64,000 nt of DNA from an uncultured Bdellovibrionales bacterium (GTDB taxonomy: Bacteria > Patescibacteriota > Minisyncoccia > Moranbacterales > DUUL01): contig CAYWJP010000001.1 of assembly GCA_964458715.1 (NCBI GenBank), positions 2,022 through 66,021 on the forward strand. The letters run 5' to 3'. Below the pieces are notes generated by a model. That model saw nothing but the letters and a program-made list of their open reading frames with translations, did not search any database and had not been told where the DNA came from. Within the stretch, counting starts at the first letter, position 1. The number at the start of each line of letters is the position of its first letter. The translations under genes were made by a program, and so were the position numbers. This document shows, in pieces, positions 1 to 9,793 of the stretch.

Positions 1-1
1 T

Positions 2-235
2 CAGGTGTTAACTTTTGATCCTTATATATTGGAAAAATCTGATGTAAAATCATTAGAAGAATTATTAGAGAAATCAGAAGCGCTGATTTTAGTCACTAAT
101 CACAAAGATTTTCTGAATAAAGAAGCTGATTTTAAAAAGTTTAATATAAAAGCCATTGTCGACGGTGTAAATTGTTTAGACCAGGAAAAAATAAAAAAAT
201 TAAGAATCGAATATCACGGCATTGGAAGAAAATAG
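2..235 (+). CDS. C-terminal part of a nucleotide-sugar dehydrogenase (UDP-glucose/GDP-mannose DH family), 5'-truncated by the window edge
   Basis: FDPY...ALILVTNHKDF...IVDGVN...YHGIGR matches the UDP-binding C-terminal domain; first gene of a glycosyltransferase cluster. Confidence 0.8.
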   Translation, partial: QVLTFDPYILEKSDVKSLEELLEKSEALILVTNHKDFLNKEADFKKFNIKAIVDGVNCLDQEKIKKLRIEYHGIGRK

Positions 236-303
236 ATTTTTAAACAAATGATCTATAATAAAATCAGTTTAATGAAAAATCTACTAATTATTTAGAAAAA
301 TAA

Positions 304-1287
304 ATGAGACTAATTGTCAATATTCCAGCCTACAACGAGGAGACTGTAATCGGAAAAACTATAACTAGAATCAAAGAAAGCTTTAAAAATGATTTTTACA
401 AAAATCAAGAAGGACGGCTTATCCAAGAAAAATTAATTCAGGTTGTTAACGACGGTTCAAGAGACAAAACTGTCAACGTGTCAAAAAAAGCCGGAGCTGA
501 TATCATAATTTCTCACGAAACCAACAGAAGATTAGGCGCTGTTTTCGGAACCAGCGTTGGTTCAGCTCTAAAAAACAGAGCAGATTTAATGATAAATATT
601 GATGCTGATGGCCAATTTGACCCCGAAGATATTCCCAAACTTTTAAAGCCCATTCTAATCGGAGAAGCTGATCTAGTAATTGCTAACCGATTCGGCGGAA
701 TTAAAGCTACTGACATTCCTTGGTTTAAAAACTTTCTTAATCAATTTGCCGCTAAAATTATTAGTTTTTTCTTAGATTATAAAATTGAAGATTTGACTTG
801 TGGTTTTAGGGCTCACAATCGGGAAGCCTTGTTAAGACTAAATTTAACCAATAATTTTACCTACACCCAAGAAACTATTATTGATGCCATTGGAAAAAAT
901 TTAAAACTCAAATGGGTACCAATTCAGGTAATTTATTTTGCCGATCGAAAATCTAAAATAGTTAAATCTATTTGGAAATTTATTAGTAATGGATTTAAAA
1001 TAATTTTAAAAGCTATCCGAGACGCTCGCCCCTTAAAATTTTTTGGAGTACCAGCCTTATTTTTTATTATAATTGCCTTAACTGGATATGGTTGGTTTTT
1101 GTTTAATTATTTACAAGAATTTAAAATTTCTCCTTTTATAAATTATGTAATCTTCTCTTCCCTGTCTTTAATTCTGGGAATTCAATTATTAATTTTTGCT
1201 TTAATAGCTGATATGATTAAATCTAACCGAAAAATAACTGAGGAACTTAGTTATCAACACAAAAAAAGTAAATACTACAACCTCTAA
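304..1287 (+). CDS. Glycosyltransferase family 2 (DPM/DPG synthase-like) with two C-terminal TM helices
   Basis: IPAYNEE, VVNDGSRD, IDADGQF, D-TCGFRA motifs. Confidence 0.9.
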   Translation: MRLIVNIPAYNEETVIGKTITRIKESFKNDFYKNQEGRLIQEKLIQVVNDGSRDKTVNVSKKAGADIIISHETNRRLGAVFGTSVGSALKNRADLMINIDADGQFDPEDIPKLLKPILIGEADLVIANRFGGIKATDIPWFKNFLNQFAAKIISFFLDYKIEDLTCGFRAHNREALLRLNLTNNFTYTQETIIDAIGKNLKLKWVPIQVIYFADRKSKIVKSIWKFISNGFKIILKAIRDARPLKFFGVPALFFIIIALTGYGWFLFNYLQEFKISPFINYVIFSSLSLILGIQLLIFALIADMIKSNRKITEELSYQHKKSKYYNL

Positions 1288-1292
1288 GACTT

Positions 1293-1326
1293 TTTCCGCC
1301 ATAGGCGGATCCGCCTATGGCGGAAA
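1293..1326. repeat. Perfect 34-bp palindrome made of two CCGCC-N3-GGCGG units
   Basis: tttccgccataggcggatccgcctatggcggaaa equals its own reverse complement. Confidence 0.9.
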
Positions 1327-1350
1327 CTTTACTAACTTTCTAAATAAATT

Positions 1351-2469
1351 ATGAAAATCTTATTCATTTCGCACTCTTTTCCTCCTATTGTAGGAGGGGT
1401 AGAAAATCAAAATTTTCAATTAGCTGAAGCGCTTAAAAAATCAGCTCAAGTTAGAATTATAAAAAATACTCGAGGAAAAATTTGGCTACCAATATTTGTT
1501 CCATTAACTTTTTTAAAAGCTTTCTTTCTGATGAACCGCTATGACGTTTGTTTATTAGGAAGTGGTGTTTTAGCTCCACTAGGAAGCGCCATAAGCTTTT
1601 TCCATCCAAAGAAAAAGTTTTTTTGTGTTACTCACGCCCTCGATATTATTTTTGCCGAAAAAAAGGGTTGGTTATCTAAAATTTATAAAACCGTAAACAT
1701 CCCTTCTCTGGAAAAAATGAACAAACTTTTTATGGTAGGAAATGCCACCATTGAAGAAGCGGTAAAATTGGGAATTAGCAAAAAAAAATGCAAATTTATT
1801 CCTAACGGAATTAACAAAGATGATTTAAAAGAAAAACACCTCCGAAAAGAACTTTCTCAAATATTCGGGAAAAATATTCAAGACAAGAAAGTGATTCTTC
1901 GCTTAGGACGATTTGTTCCCCATAAAGGAACCAGTTGGTTTATTGAAAATGTAATGCCTAAATTGCCTGAAAATGTTGTTATGATCGCCGCCGGTGGAAG
2001 AGTGGCTAAAAATACTGCTGGGGACAAAGATGATTTCCTTAATTCCGAAAAAGCTATTATTAAAAACAAACTAGAAAATCGAGTTCGATTATGCCCTACT
2101 ATCCCCCAAAAAGATTTAAAAATATTGCTAAACACTGTTGATCTTGTAGTATCTCCTAATCTTAAAATCCCCGGATCAATGGAAGGATTTGGAATTAATG
2201 CTATTGAAGCTGGCGTTTGCGAACGAATTGTTTTTGTTTCAAACATTGAAGGTCTATTAGATGCAGTTAAGGATGGAAAAAATGGAAAATTAATAGAAAG
2301 TGGCAACGAAAAAGCTTGGGTGAGTGAAATTAAAAAAATAATTAAGCTCAAGAAAAAGACCCTTTTAAAACAAGGTCAAGAAGCTGGTAAATATGTCGAA
2401 AAAAATTATTCCTGGAATAAAATTTCCAAGAAATATCTAAAGGAAATGAATAATACCATCTCCAACTAA
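1351..2469 (+). CDS. Glycosyltransferase family 4
   Basis: FPPIVGGVE N-terminus, IPNGI, GRFVPHKG, EGFGINAIEA (EX7E). Confidence 0.9.
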   Translation: MKILFISHSFPPIVGGVENQNFQLAEALKKSAQVRIIKNTRGKIWLPIFVPLTFLKAFFLMNRYDVCLLGSGVLAPLGSAISFFHPKKKFFCVTHALDIIFAEKKGWLSKIYKTVNIPSLEKMNKLFMVGNATIEEAVKLGISKKKCKFIPNGINKDDLKEKHLRKELSQIFGKNIQDKKVILRLGRFVPHKGTSWFIENVMPKLPENVVMIAAGGRVAKNTAGDKDDFLNSEKAIIKNKLENRVRLCPTIPQKDLKILLNTVDLVVSPNLKIPGSMEGFGINAIEAGVCERIVFVSNIEGLLDAVKDGKNGKLIESGNEKAWVSEIKKIIKLKKKTLLKQGQEAGKYVEKNYSWNKISKKYLKEMNNTISN

Positions 2470-2620
2470 CCACTGCCCACCAACTCTTGCAAATTTTAAT
2501 TTATACTTGCTTCAAAAAGTTCAGTGATACTATGACATCACTTCACTTTTTTTACCATCGTCTAAATTAAAATTTACCGTGACTTATGAGTAGTGGCTAA
2601 TTGAAAATGATATAAATAAA

Positions 2621-4555
2621 ATGATTTTAGACTTATTAAAAATTGATTTGAGCTTGGGATTATTACTTTTTATTCCAGGCTATTCAATTCTAATCGCATT
2701 ACTTCGAACCAGGAATCCACTGGGAATTTTGGGAACGCTAGTAGTTTCAATGGTTTTAAGTTTGGGAATTGTTGATTTCAGTTTGATTTTAATTGATAAA
2801 ATCGGGATGAGATTGACCTCATTAACCATTATTCTCACTTTATTAATAATCTCTTTCTTGGGATTTGTTTTCTACGGAATATTTCGAAAAAAGGAAATAA
2901 AAGCGATTTCCGAAAATAATTCAGGTTGGTTAATATTTATATTAATTGTAGCTTTCTCGATTTTTCTTAGACTAGTTTATTTAGTACCCAAGATAATTCC
3001 CCATACCACTGATTTAGGTCATCATATGTATTGGGTTAATTTTATTATCAGATTTCAGGAACTTCCTATTTATGGAATTCCAGATGTTGTTATCGGCGAA
3101 CACGTTATTTTTGCTGCCGCTTCAATATTAACTGGAATTGGAATAATTTCGGCTCTTCCGGTGGCCATTTTATTTATTATAAATATCTTTTCTCTTCTAG
3201 CCGTTTTTTTGTTAACCAAAGAATTAGCCAAAATATTATTCAAAAAAAGCTCCGCTAATAAAATTAGCCTTCTGTCGTTAATCTCGATCGGAATTTTCTA
3301 CGCCGTTGCTTCTCCTCAAGCCACTTACATAAGCGGAGGAGTAATTGGAAATTTATTGGGAAATTTACTAATGCCTACTATTTTTTATTTATTCATCAAG
3401 GCCTTTAAAGACAAAAACTCTACTTTGGTAGGATTAGGAATATTTTTATTGAGTGTTTTAATTTACACTCATCATCTTTCGGCTTTCATCCTTCTCTATT
3501 CTCTGGCAGGTTTTTTGCTATTTTTCTTTATCTTGTTAGGAACAACTCGTTTTATTTTTAAAAAAAGCGAGGCCAAAATCATCCCTTTTTTAAAAATTTT
3601 TATCAATCTCAAGACTATCCTAACTAGTTTATTTTTAATTTTATTTGTTTTTCTCATAAGAGTTCCTTCTTATTTAAATTTATCGGCTATCGGTACGGCT
3701 GTAGGCTCACCTTCCAAGGAAACTCGAGTGGGATTAACTATTAATAATCTCCTTGATTCCACCGGCTCCTGGAGAATGTTTTACTCGGCTATCGGAATTA
3801 TTTTTTTAATTTTTATATTTTGGCAAATCTTGAAAAAAAATTCTGCTTTTCGAAAAATATACTCCTTGAAAATCTCCAATTTGTCACTAGTCTTGGCCGC
3901 TATCTCGTTGCCATCAGCTTGGTTTATTACAATTTTCGCTATGAGCCATTGGCCAGCTTTACTAAAAATTGATATTATTTCAAGTAGAATTGCTAATTAT
4001 CTAACTTATCCCTCGGCCATTTTAGCCGCTTTTGGAGTTTATGCTATTTTACAACCAATTTTTTATAAAACTCGGGGAGTGATCGCCCTAACAATTTTTA
4101 TGATAGTTTTTATTCCAGGCGTTATCTCTGGTTTATTTGATGTTTCTGAAACCTACCCCGAAGATGGTGACAATATGAAAAAAACTGTCCAAACGTTTAA
4201 AGGCTCTAAATACTTAAACGAAAAAACTGATTCTAAACAAAAAATTCTCAGAGATCATATTTACTTAATTGGCGACACTTGGATAAAAAATTTCTTAATG
4301 CGAGATTATGAAGAGCCAATCTCTAGAACTTTTTTAAAAAAATACGAGGATCCGATTAAAGAACGAGAAACTTGTAGTCGAGATATGATCGCTATTCCAG
4401 AAACTGAAGTTGGTAGAAACTGCTTCCAAGAAACTGGCGTTGAATTTTTAATTCTCCGCAATGGCTATGACACTTATCAATTCGAAACTTCTAATAATTT
4501 TTCTAAAATATTTACCACAAAAGAAGTTATAATTTTCCAAAGAAATAATCTTTAA
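2621..4555 (+). CDS. Multi-pass membrane protein, probable GT-C-fold glycosyltransferase with a DUF1616-like N-terminus
   Basis: About 15 hydrophobic segments, TDLGHH (DxxxH) in an early external loop, soluble C-terminal domain, GT-cluster context. Confidence 0.55.
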   Translation: MILDLLKIDLSLGLLLFIPGYSILIALLRTRNPLGILGTLVVSMVLSLGIVDFSLILIDKIGMRLTSLTIILTLLIISFLGFVFYGIFRKKEIKAISENNSGWLIFILIVAFSIFLRLVYLVPKIIPHTTDLGHHMYWVNFIIRFQELPIYGIPDVVIGEHVIFAAASILTGIGIISALPVAILFIINIFSLLAVFLLTKELAKILFKKSSANKISLLSLISIGIFYAVASPQATYISGGVIGNLLGNLLMPTIFYLFIKAFKDKNSTLVGLGIFLLSVLIYTHHLSAFILLYSLAGFLLFFFILLGTTRFIFKKSEAKIIPFLKIFINLKTILTSLFLILFVFLIRVPSYLNLSAIGTAVGSPSKETRVGLTINNLLDSTGSWRMFYSAIGIIFLIFIFWQILKKNSAFRKIYSLKISNLSLVLAAISLPSAWFITIFAMSHWPALLKIDIISSRIANYLTYPSAILAAFGVYAILQPIFYKTRGVIALTIFMIVFIPGVISGLFDVSETYPEDGDNMKKTVQTFKGSKYLNEKTDSKQKILRDHIYLIGDTWIKNFLMRDYEEPISRTFLKKYEDPIKERETCSRDMIAIPETEVGRNCFQETGVEFLILRNGYDTYQFETSNNFSKIFTTKEVIIFQRNNL

Positions 4556-4557
4556 TT

Positions 4558-4953
4558 ATGAATAAAAATATTGCCATTTTAATAGTCTTAATTCTAACTT
4601 TTTTAACTTCTTACTTTTTATATTGGAAAGGAGAATTAGCCCTAGAGGATGCTGCTAAGGATTTTACTGTTTTAGCCTTCGAAAATACCAGTTTAGTTTG
4701 TGATTATAATTCTTTAACTTTCTTTATCGAGAATAATCTAGAAGAAGAACTTCCCTATCAAATTTCCATCAGCGCCGATGATAAAACGCTAGAGACTCTA
4801 GCAGTTTCAGTTTTGGCTCAAAATAAAAAACTAATCCAACCTAAATCAGAAACGCTAGAATTTCTATGCGCTCAATCTCAAAAAATCAAATATGAAGTTA
4901 TGATTGAGAATAAAACAAATAAACAATCTATCTATAAACTAATCAATCCGTAA
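4558..4953 (+). CDS. Membrane-anchored hypothetical protein with a beta-rich extracellular domain
   Basis: N-terminal TM helix; 2-4 bp spacing from both neighbours. Confidence 0.6.
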   Translation: MNKNIAILIVLILTFLTSYFLYWKGELALEDAAKDFTVLAFENTSLVCDYNSLTFFIENNLEEELPYQISISADDKTLETLAVSVLAQNKKLIQPKSETLEFLCAQSQKIKYEVMIENKTNKQSIYKLINP

Positions 4954-4957
4954 ACTT

Positions 4958-6115
4958 ATGCTCAAGAAAAAAATTCTCCTTTATACACGACCAATCGTTC
5001 CGCCTTGGGATGAAGCCTCCAAAAATTTAGCTTATGACATTGCCATTAACCTGCCAAAAAATCAATTTGACATTACTCTTTTAACTCCTCGAAAAAACTC
5101 ATTCAATCAGCAATTAATCAAACAACACTCCAATATAATCCCTGAAGAAATTTATTCTTCAATCGATCTTAATTTAAAAGGAAAAATCAAATTATTAAGC
5201 AGACTATTCAAAACTAAATTAAACGCCGATCTAATTCATTTTCTTTTTACTCCAAGGTCAATTACGTCCCTCTTAGTTAGATTAAGATTAAAATTTAGTA
5301 AAATTAAGACTGTTCAAACAGTTGCTACTTTATCAAAAGAAAATCTAACTAATGCCAAAAAATTAAATAAAATTTTATTTGCCGATGTCGTTGTCGTTCA
5401 ATCAAAACATACCTTCGAAAAATTAAAAAATAAAACTATTAAAAATATAAAATTAATTTATCCAGGAATTAATTTAGAAAAATATAGACAGAAAAGAAAA
5501 GACGCCTCACTTTTGAAAGAATTAAAATTAAAAGATAGCGATTTTGTTGTTTTGTATGGAGGCGAGTACACTCGACTGAAAGCTATTGATGATATTTTAG
5601 AAGCCTTAAAAATACTATTCAACGAATACAAAGAAGTTGAAAATTTAAAATTCATTTTTGCTTGTCGATTAAAATCCAAGAAAGATAAAATCAAAAAAGA
5701 AGCTGTTATTAAAACTCTCGAAAAAGAATCTCTCAGAGACAAGGTTGTTTTTTTGGATACTTTTGCGGAAGTAGACAAACTTTACAACTTATCAAATATC
5801 AGTATTTTTCCTGTTCGTGAAATGGCTGGTAAGTTCGACATTCCCTTGGTATTAGTTGAATCGATGGCTTGCGGAAAACCGATTATTGTTTCCAAGTTAA
5901 AAAACTTGAAAGAATTAATCGGAAAAAATACTTATGGATTAGTTTGTAAAAGAAAATCTCCCAGAGATCTAGCTCAAAAAATATATCTTCTAAAAACTGA
6001 TAAAAAACTGTACAATAAAATAGCTGAAAATGCCTTAGTTTTTGTTAAAAATAATTTTGATATTAAGAAAAATATCAAAGAATACGATAATATTTATAAA
6101 GAATTACTCCAATAA
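4958..6115 (+). CDS. Glycosyltransferase family 4
   Basis: IYPGI, DIPLVLVESMACGKPIIVS. Confidence 0.9.
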   Translation: MLKKKILLYTRPIVPPWDEASKNLAYDIAINLPKNQFDITLLTPRKNSFNQQLIKQHSNIIPEEIYSSIDLNLKGKIKLLSRLFKTKLNADLIHFLFTPRSITSLLVRLRLKFSKIKTVQTVATLSKENLTNAKKLNKILFADVVVVQSKHTFEKLKNKTIKNIKLIYPGINLEKYRQKRKDASLLKELKLKDSDFVVLYGGEYTRLKAIDDILEALKILFNEYKEVENLKFIFACRLKSKKDKIKKEAVIKTLEKESLRDKVVFLDTFAEVDKLYNLSNISIFPVREMAGKFDIPLVLVESMACGKPIIVSKLKNLKELIGKNTYGLVCKRKSPRDLAQKIYLLKTDKKLYNKIAENALVFVKNNFDIKKNIKEYDNIYKELLQ

Positions 6116-6119
6116 TCTA

Positions 6120-7613
6120 ATGTATAAAATAATTAAAAAGGGACCATTTCAAAATATAATGCAACCCAACGACTCGAAAAGCATTCCGGTTCATTTTAAT
6201 ATGAGCGATGAATTAATGCCGGGAGACGACAGTTATGAAAAATTATTGAATATCGCCAAAGACAAAAGAGTCTTTCATCATATTGCCGCCTTAACTGACA
6301 TTCATTCCAAACCTGGCCGAAAAAATCCAACTGGATCGGTAGTAGCGACCGAAAAAGAAATCCTCCCCCAGCTAACTGATTCAGCTCCTAACTGCGGAAT
6401 GCGTTTAATTAAAACGCCTTTTTTCAAAGGAGATCTTTCCGATCAACAATTGGATGATTTATTTAAAGAATACACCAGAACAATTCCTACCAGGACTTAT
6501 TTTGGCACTTATTTCTCCCATAAAGATATTCTGGAGATCTCGAAACGAGGCTCTGAACCCGTGCTAGAGCGATTTGATAAAAGCAAAAAAGAACTAGACA
6601 ACACCATGATGCGAGGAAATATGTTTGGTAATCAAAAAGTCACCAATCAAGAACTTTTTGAGTCTATTCCTTCTCTATTTTTTAGAATTGCCCAACTTCG
6701 CTTGGGAATTTTAGGAGAAGCTGGTAACCACTTCTTGGACTTGCTTTTAGTTGATGATATTATAGACCAAAAAACTGCTCATAAATTAGGAATTCAAAAG
6801 GATCAGTATGTTTTTCTTCTTCATACTGGATCAGGAATGTTTGGACAATATTCTAGTTATTTCTATATGCCTAAAAAGAAAGAGCACCTCAGTCAAAAAT
6901 TTATAAATATTCTGAGCCGAGCCACTTTTTTAAAAAAAGACATTGAATGGCACCAAATTTTACAGAAAAAACTACCTCTTTACGAAAATAGCGATGAACT
7001 TTGGGGAATAAAAGAAAATTCTGAATTATATAAACATTTTATGATTGCTAATCGAGCTTCGGCTAATCACGCTTTCGCCAATCGAACTTTGCTTCAAATT
7101 AAAATTGAACAAGGAATCGAAAAAATATTAGGGAAAAAACTGGAACTACCCATTGTCTATGATATGAGTCACATTACGGTAATGAAGGAAAATCATTACA
7201 ACAAGGATCTCTGGATCCACCGAAACGGCTCCGTCAGAGCTTTCGGTCCCAAAAGAATGAAAGGTATTAAAACCTATGAAGAAACTGGCGAACCAGTCTT
7301 CTTACCATCTTCAATGAGCACTCCGGTTTATCTCGGAGTAGGTACTGATGAAAATGAAACTACTTTCTTTTCTGCCCCGCACGGAACTGGGAAATCCAAA
7401 AATAAAACTTCGGAAGTACCCGTTGACAAAAACGCCTTAAAGACCAAAATGGAAAAAAGAAATGTTCGCCTTTACAACGCCAAATCTAAAGGAATTTTAG
7501 AACAAGATGCCTCCCATTATAAGGATGTAGAACCAGCAATTAAAGGAATGACTGAAAATGGGGTTATTAAACCAGTGGCTAAAATGCACCCCGTCTCAGT
7601 TTTAATGGCGTAG
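6120..7613 (+). CDS. Divergent RtcB-family (GTP/Mn-dependent ligase-like) protein; probable start ATG 6120
   Basis: TDIH, NCGMRL, LGILGEAGNHF, LHTGS, VYDMSH, HRNGSVRAF, SAPHGTG and HYKDV correspond to RtcB motifs. Confidence 0.85.
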   Translation: MYKIIKKGPFQNIMQPNDSKSIPVHFNMSDELMPGDDSYEKLLNIAKDKRVFHHIAALTDIHSKPGRKNPTGSVVATEKEILPQLTDSAPNCGMRLIKTPFFKGDLSDQQLDDLFKEYTRTIPTRTYFGTYFSHKDILEISKRGSEPVLERFDKSKKELDNTMMRGNMFGNQKVTNQELFESIPSLFFRIAQLRLGILGEAGNHFLDLLLVDDIIDQKTAHKLGIQKDQYVFLLHTGSGMFGQYSSYFYMPKKKEHLSQKFINILSRATFLKKDIEWHQILQKKLPLYENSDELWGIKENSELYKHFMIANRASANHAFANRTLLQIKIEQGIEKILGKKLELPIVYDMSHITVMKENHYNKDLWIHRNGSVRAFGPKRMKGIKTYEETGEPVFLPSSMSTPVYLGVGTDENETTFFSAPHGTGKSKNKTSEVPVDKNALKTKMEKRNVRLYNAKSKGILEQDASHYKDVEPAIKGMTENGVIKPVAKMHPVSVLMA

Positions 7614-7658
7614 AACAAGTTAAAAAGTTTGAAAGTTTATAAAGTTAGAAAACAAGAT

Positions 7659-8267
7659 ATGAAACTAATAACAATTTCGGGATTAGACGGATGTGGAAAA
7701 ACCACCCAATTAGATTTGATTGAAAAAGAATTACAAAAAAATCATAAGGTGAAAAGATTTCATATGATTGGTTTTTCAATTGCCAACAAACTTATTAAAC
7801 AAAAAAAAGAGGCTAGAACTAGCAAAATTAAAGCCAAAACTAACGCCACCTGGGGAGCTATTTTAATGAGAAAAATTGCGATAGTAATTGATGTTTTTAG
7901 ATTTCGCTTATATTATTTGGTAAAATCTAGCGAACATAAAACTGACTATCTTATAATAGACCGCTATTTCTACGATCAAATAATTAATATTAAATATCTT
8001 GATAAGCAAAACGATTGGAAAAATAAACCTTTTTGGCAAAATTTTATCGAAAACCATTTAATCCAACCTAATTTAAAAATTTATTTAAAAATAACGCCTG
8101 AAAAAATTCTAGAGAGAAATGCTAAAATTGAACAAGGAAAACAATATCTCTTAGAAAAAAATGGATTGTACAATCATTTCTCTAAAAAATGGAAACTAAT
8201 CACCATCGACGGTAGTGGCAAGGAAAAAGAAATTCAACAGAAAATTAAAAAACAATTAAATGTCTAA
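7659..8267 (+). CDS. Thymidylate-kinase-like P-loop kinase; probable start ATG 7659
   Basis: LITISGLDGCGKTT P-loop, IIDRYFYD motif, IDGS near the C-terminus. Confidence 0.75.
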   Translation: MKLITISGLDGCGKTTQLDLIEKELQKNHKVKRFHMIGFSIANKLIKQKKEARTSKIKAKTNATWGAILMRKIAIVIDVFRFRLYYLVKSSEHKTDYLIIDRYFYDQIINIKYLDKQNDWKNKPFWQNFIENHLIQPNLKIYLKITPEKILERNAKIEQGKQYLLEKNGLYNHFSKKWKLITIDGSGKEKEIQQKIKKQLNV

Positions 8268-9729
8268 TCTTTTTAAATCTTCAATTTTAATATCTTTATC
8301 CGAATTAGCTTTTAATTTTTCCGGGTATGTCACCCAAGCGCTAATTGGAAGAATGTTTACACCTGCTGAATATGGTCGTTTTAGCATTATAGTCACTTTT
8401 GCTACCATGATAATAGTTTTAATCGGCAGAGGAATACCAATTTCAACTAGTAAACATTTGAGTGAAATAAACAGAAAGGATTTTAATGGTCGTTACGCTA
8501 TCAAGAAAGCGGCCCTAACTATCCAAATTTTAATAATTGCAGTCATCTCTTTTGCTTATTTTATGTTAGCCTCTGTTTTTGCTAACATCCTAAAAGATCC
8601 TAGTTTGACTCCCTTATTTCAAATCTCTTCTTTGATTATTCCAACTTTTGCCCTGGCTAGTTTTTACGCTTATTATTTTACTGGAATTCAAGACTTTAAA
8701 AGATCTTCTACTTTAAAATTTCTACGATCAATTTTCAAAATAATTTGCATCGTCGGATTAGGTTATTTTTTCAAGTTAACTGGAGCTATTATCGGACAAG
8801 CATTAGCTCCCTTGCTAGTTTTCTTAAGTGGTTATTTGATGGATCCTTTTAATAAATTCAAACTAAAAAAACGAAAAGATTTCAAAAATGCTCCCGTTAA
8901 CATTGCTTTGATGAAAAAATTAAGTATTTTCGCTGGACCAATTGTAATCTTTATGCTTTTTTACGAATTCATGCTTTCAATGAACCTGTATTTCGTAAAA
9001 GCCCTTCTTGGTCAAGATGATTTAGTCGGAATTTACAGCGCTGCTTCTACGGTTAGTCGTATTCCTTATTATCTGTTTTTCTTTATGACGATTATCCTGT
9101 TACCAAAAATTTCCGAACTAATCACCAATAAGGAACACAATAAAACTAAAGAATTATTGGAAAAGGCTTTCAAGTATTTATTTATCACTTTAGTGCCCAT
9201 GACAGTTCTACTCTCATTGTTTTCCGAATCGGCTGTCCGTTTTTTCTACGGCAGTCGCTATACTTCGGCCGGTTCAATAATGAGTATTTTAATTTTTGGA
9301 TTTGCCTTTTTAACAGTTTTCTACATTATCACTTTTGTTTTAAATGGCGCTGGAAAAAACAAATTTCCCGTTTGGGCTTCAATAATCGGAACTATCCTAA
9401 ACGGAATTTTAAATTGGATACTTCTCAAAAGAATGGGCCTACCGGGATCAGCTATTGCCACTACCATAACGGCTTTCGTAATAATGATTTGGGCGCTTAT
9501 TTACTCTAACCAGAAAATTACTCATTTTATTAATATTTGGTCAATCATTAAATATTTATTAACAGGATTGTTTATATATCTTCTAGGGAGCCTGTTTTTC
9601 AGCCAAGGAAGATTTATTTTTATTTTATGGTCATTTCTATTGTTGATAATTTACTTCTTTATTATGATTCTTTTTAAAGAACTAAAAATCGACGATTGGA
9701 AATATTTAGTAAAATCTTTTAAGAAATAA
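8260..9729 (+). CDS. Wzx/MOP-family oligosaccharide flippase
   Basis: About 14 TM helices; EYGRFS, VGIYSAA, LLKRMGLPGSAIAT patterns. Confidence 0.85.
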   Translation: MSNLFKSSILISLSELAFNFSGYVTQALIGRMFTPAEYGRFSIIVTFATMIIVLIGRGIPISTSKHLSEINRKDFNGRYAIKKAALTIQILIIAVISFAYFMLASVFANILKDPSLTPLFQISSLIIPTFALASFYAYYFTGIQDFKRSSTLKFLRSIFKIICIVGLGYFFKLTGAIIGQALAPLLVFLSGYLMDPFNKFKLKKRKDFKNAPVNIALMKKLSIFAGPIVIFMLFYEFMLSMNLYFVKALLGQDDLVGIYSAASTVSRIPYYLFFFMTIILLPKISELITNKEHNKTKELLEKAFKYLFITLVPMTVLLSLFSESAVRFFYGSRYTSAGSIMSILIFGFAFLTVFYIITFVLNGAGKNKFPVWASIIGTILNGILNWILLKRMGLPGSAIATTITAFVIMIWALIYSNQKITHFINIWSIIKYLLTGLFIYLLGSLFFSQGRFIFILWSFLLLIIYFFIMILFKELKIDDWKYLVKSFKK

Positions 9730-9793
9730 TTTTTAATTATCTTCTATTTGAGCTATAATAAAAATAATCAATTTTAATATTTCATAAAAACAA

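Noticed and set aside
6042-6119. Long gene overlaps suggested by the ORF track (RtcB/GT4, RmuC/porB, ogt/RmuC, rpsG extension)
   Set aside because: Downstream ATGs at 6120, 51307, 50166 and 32567 give normal N-termini without overlap.
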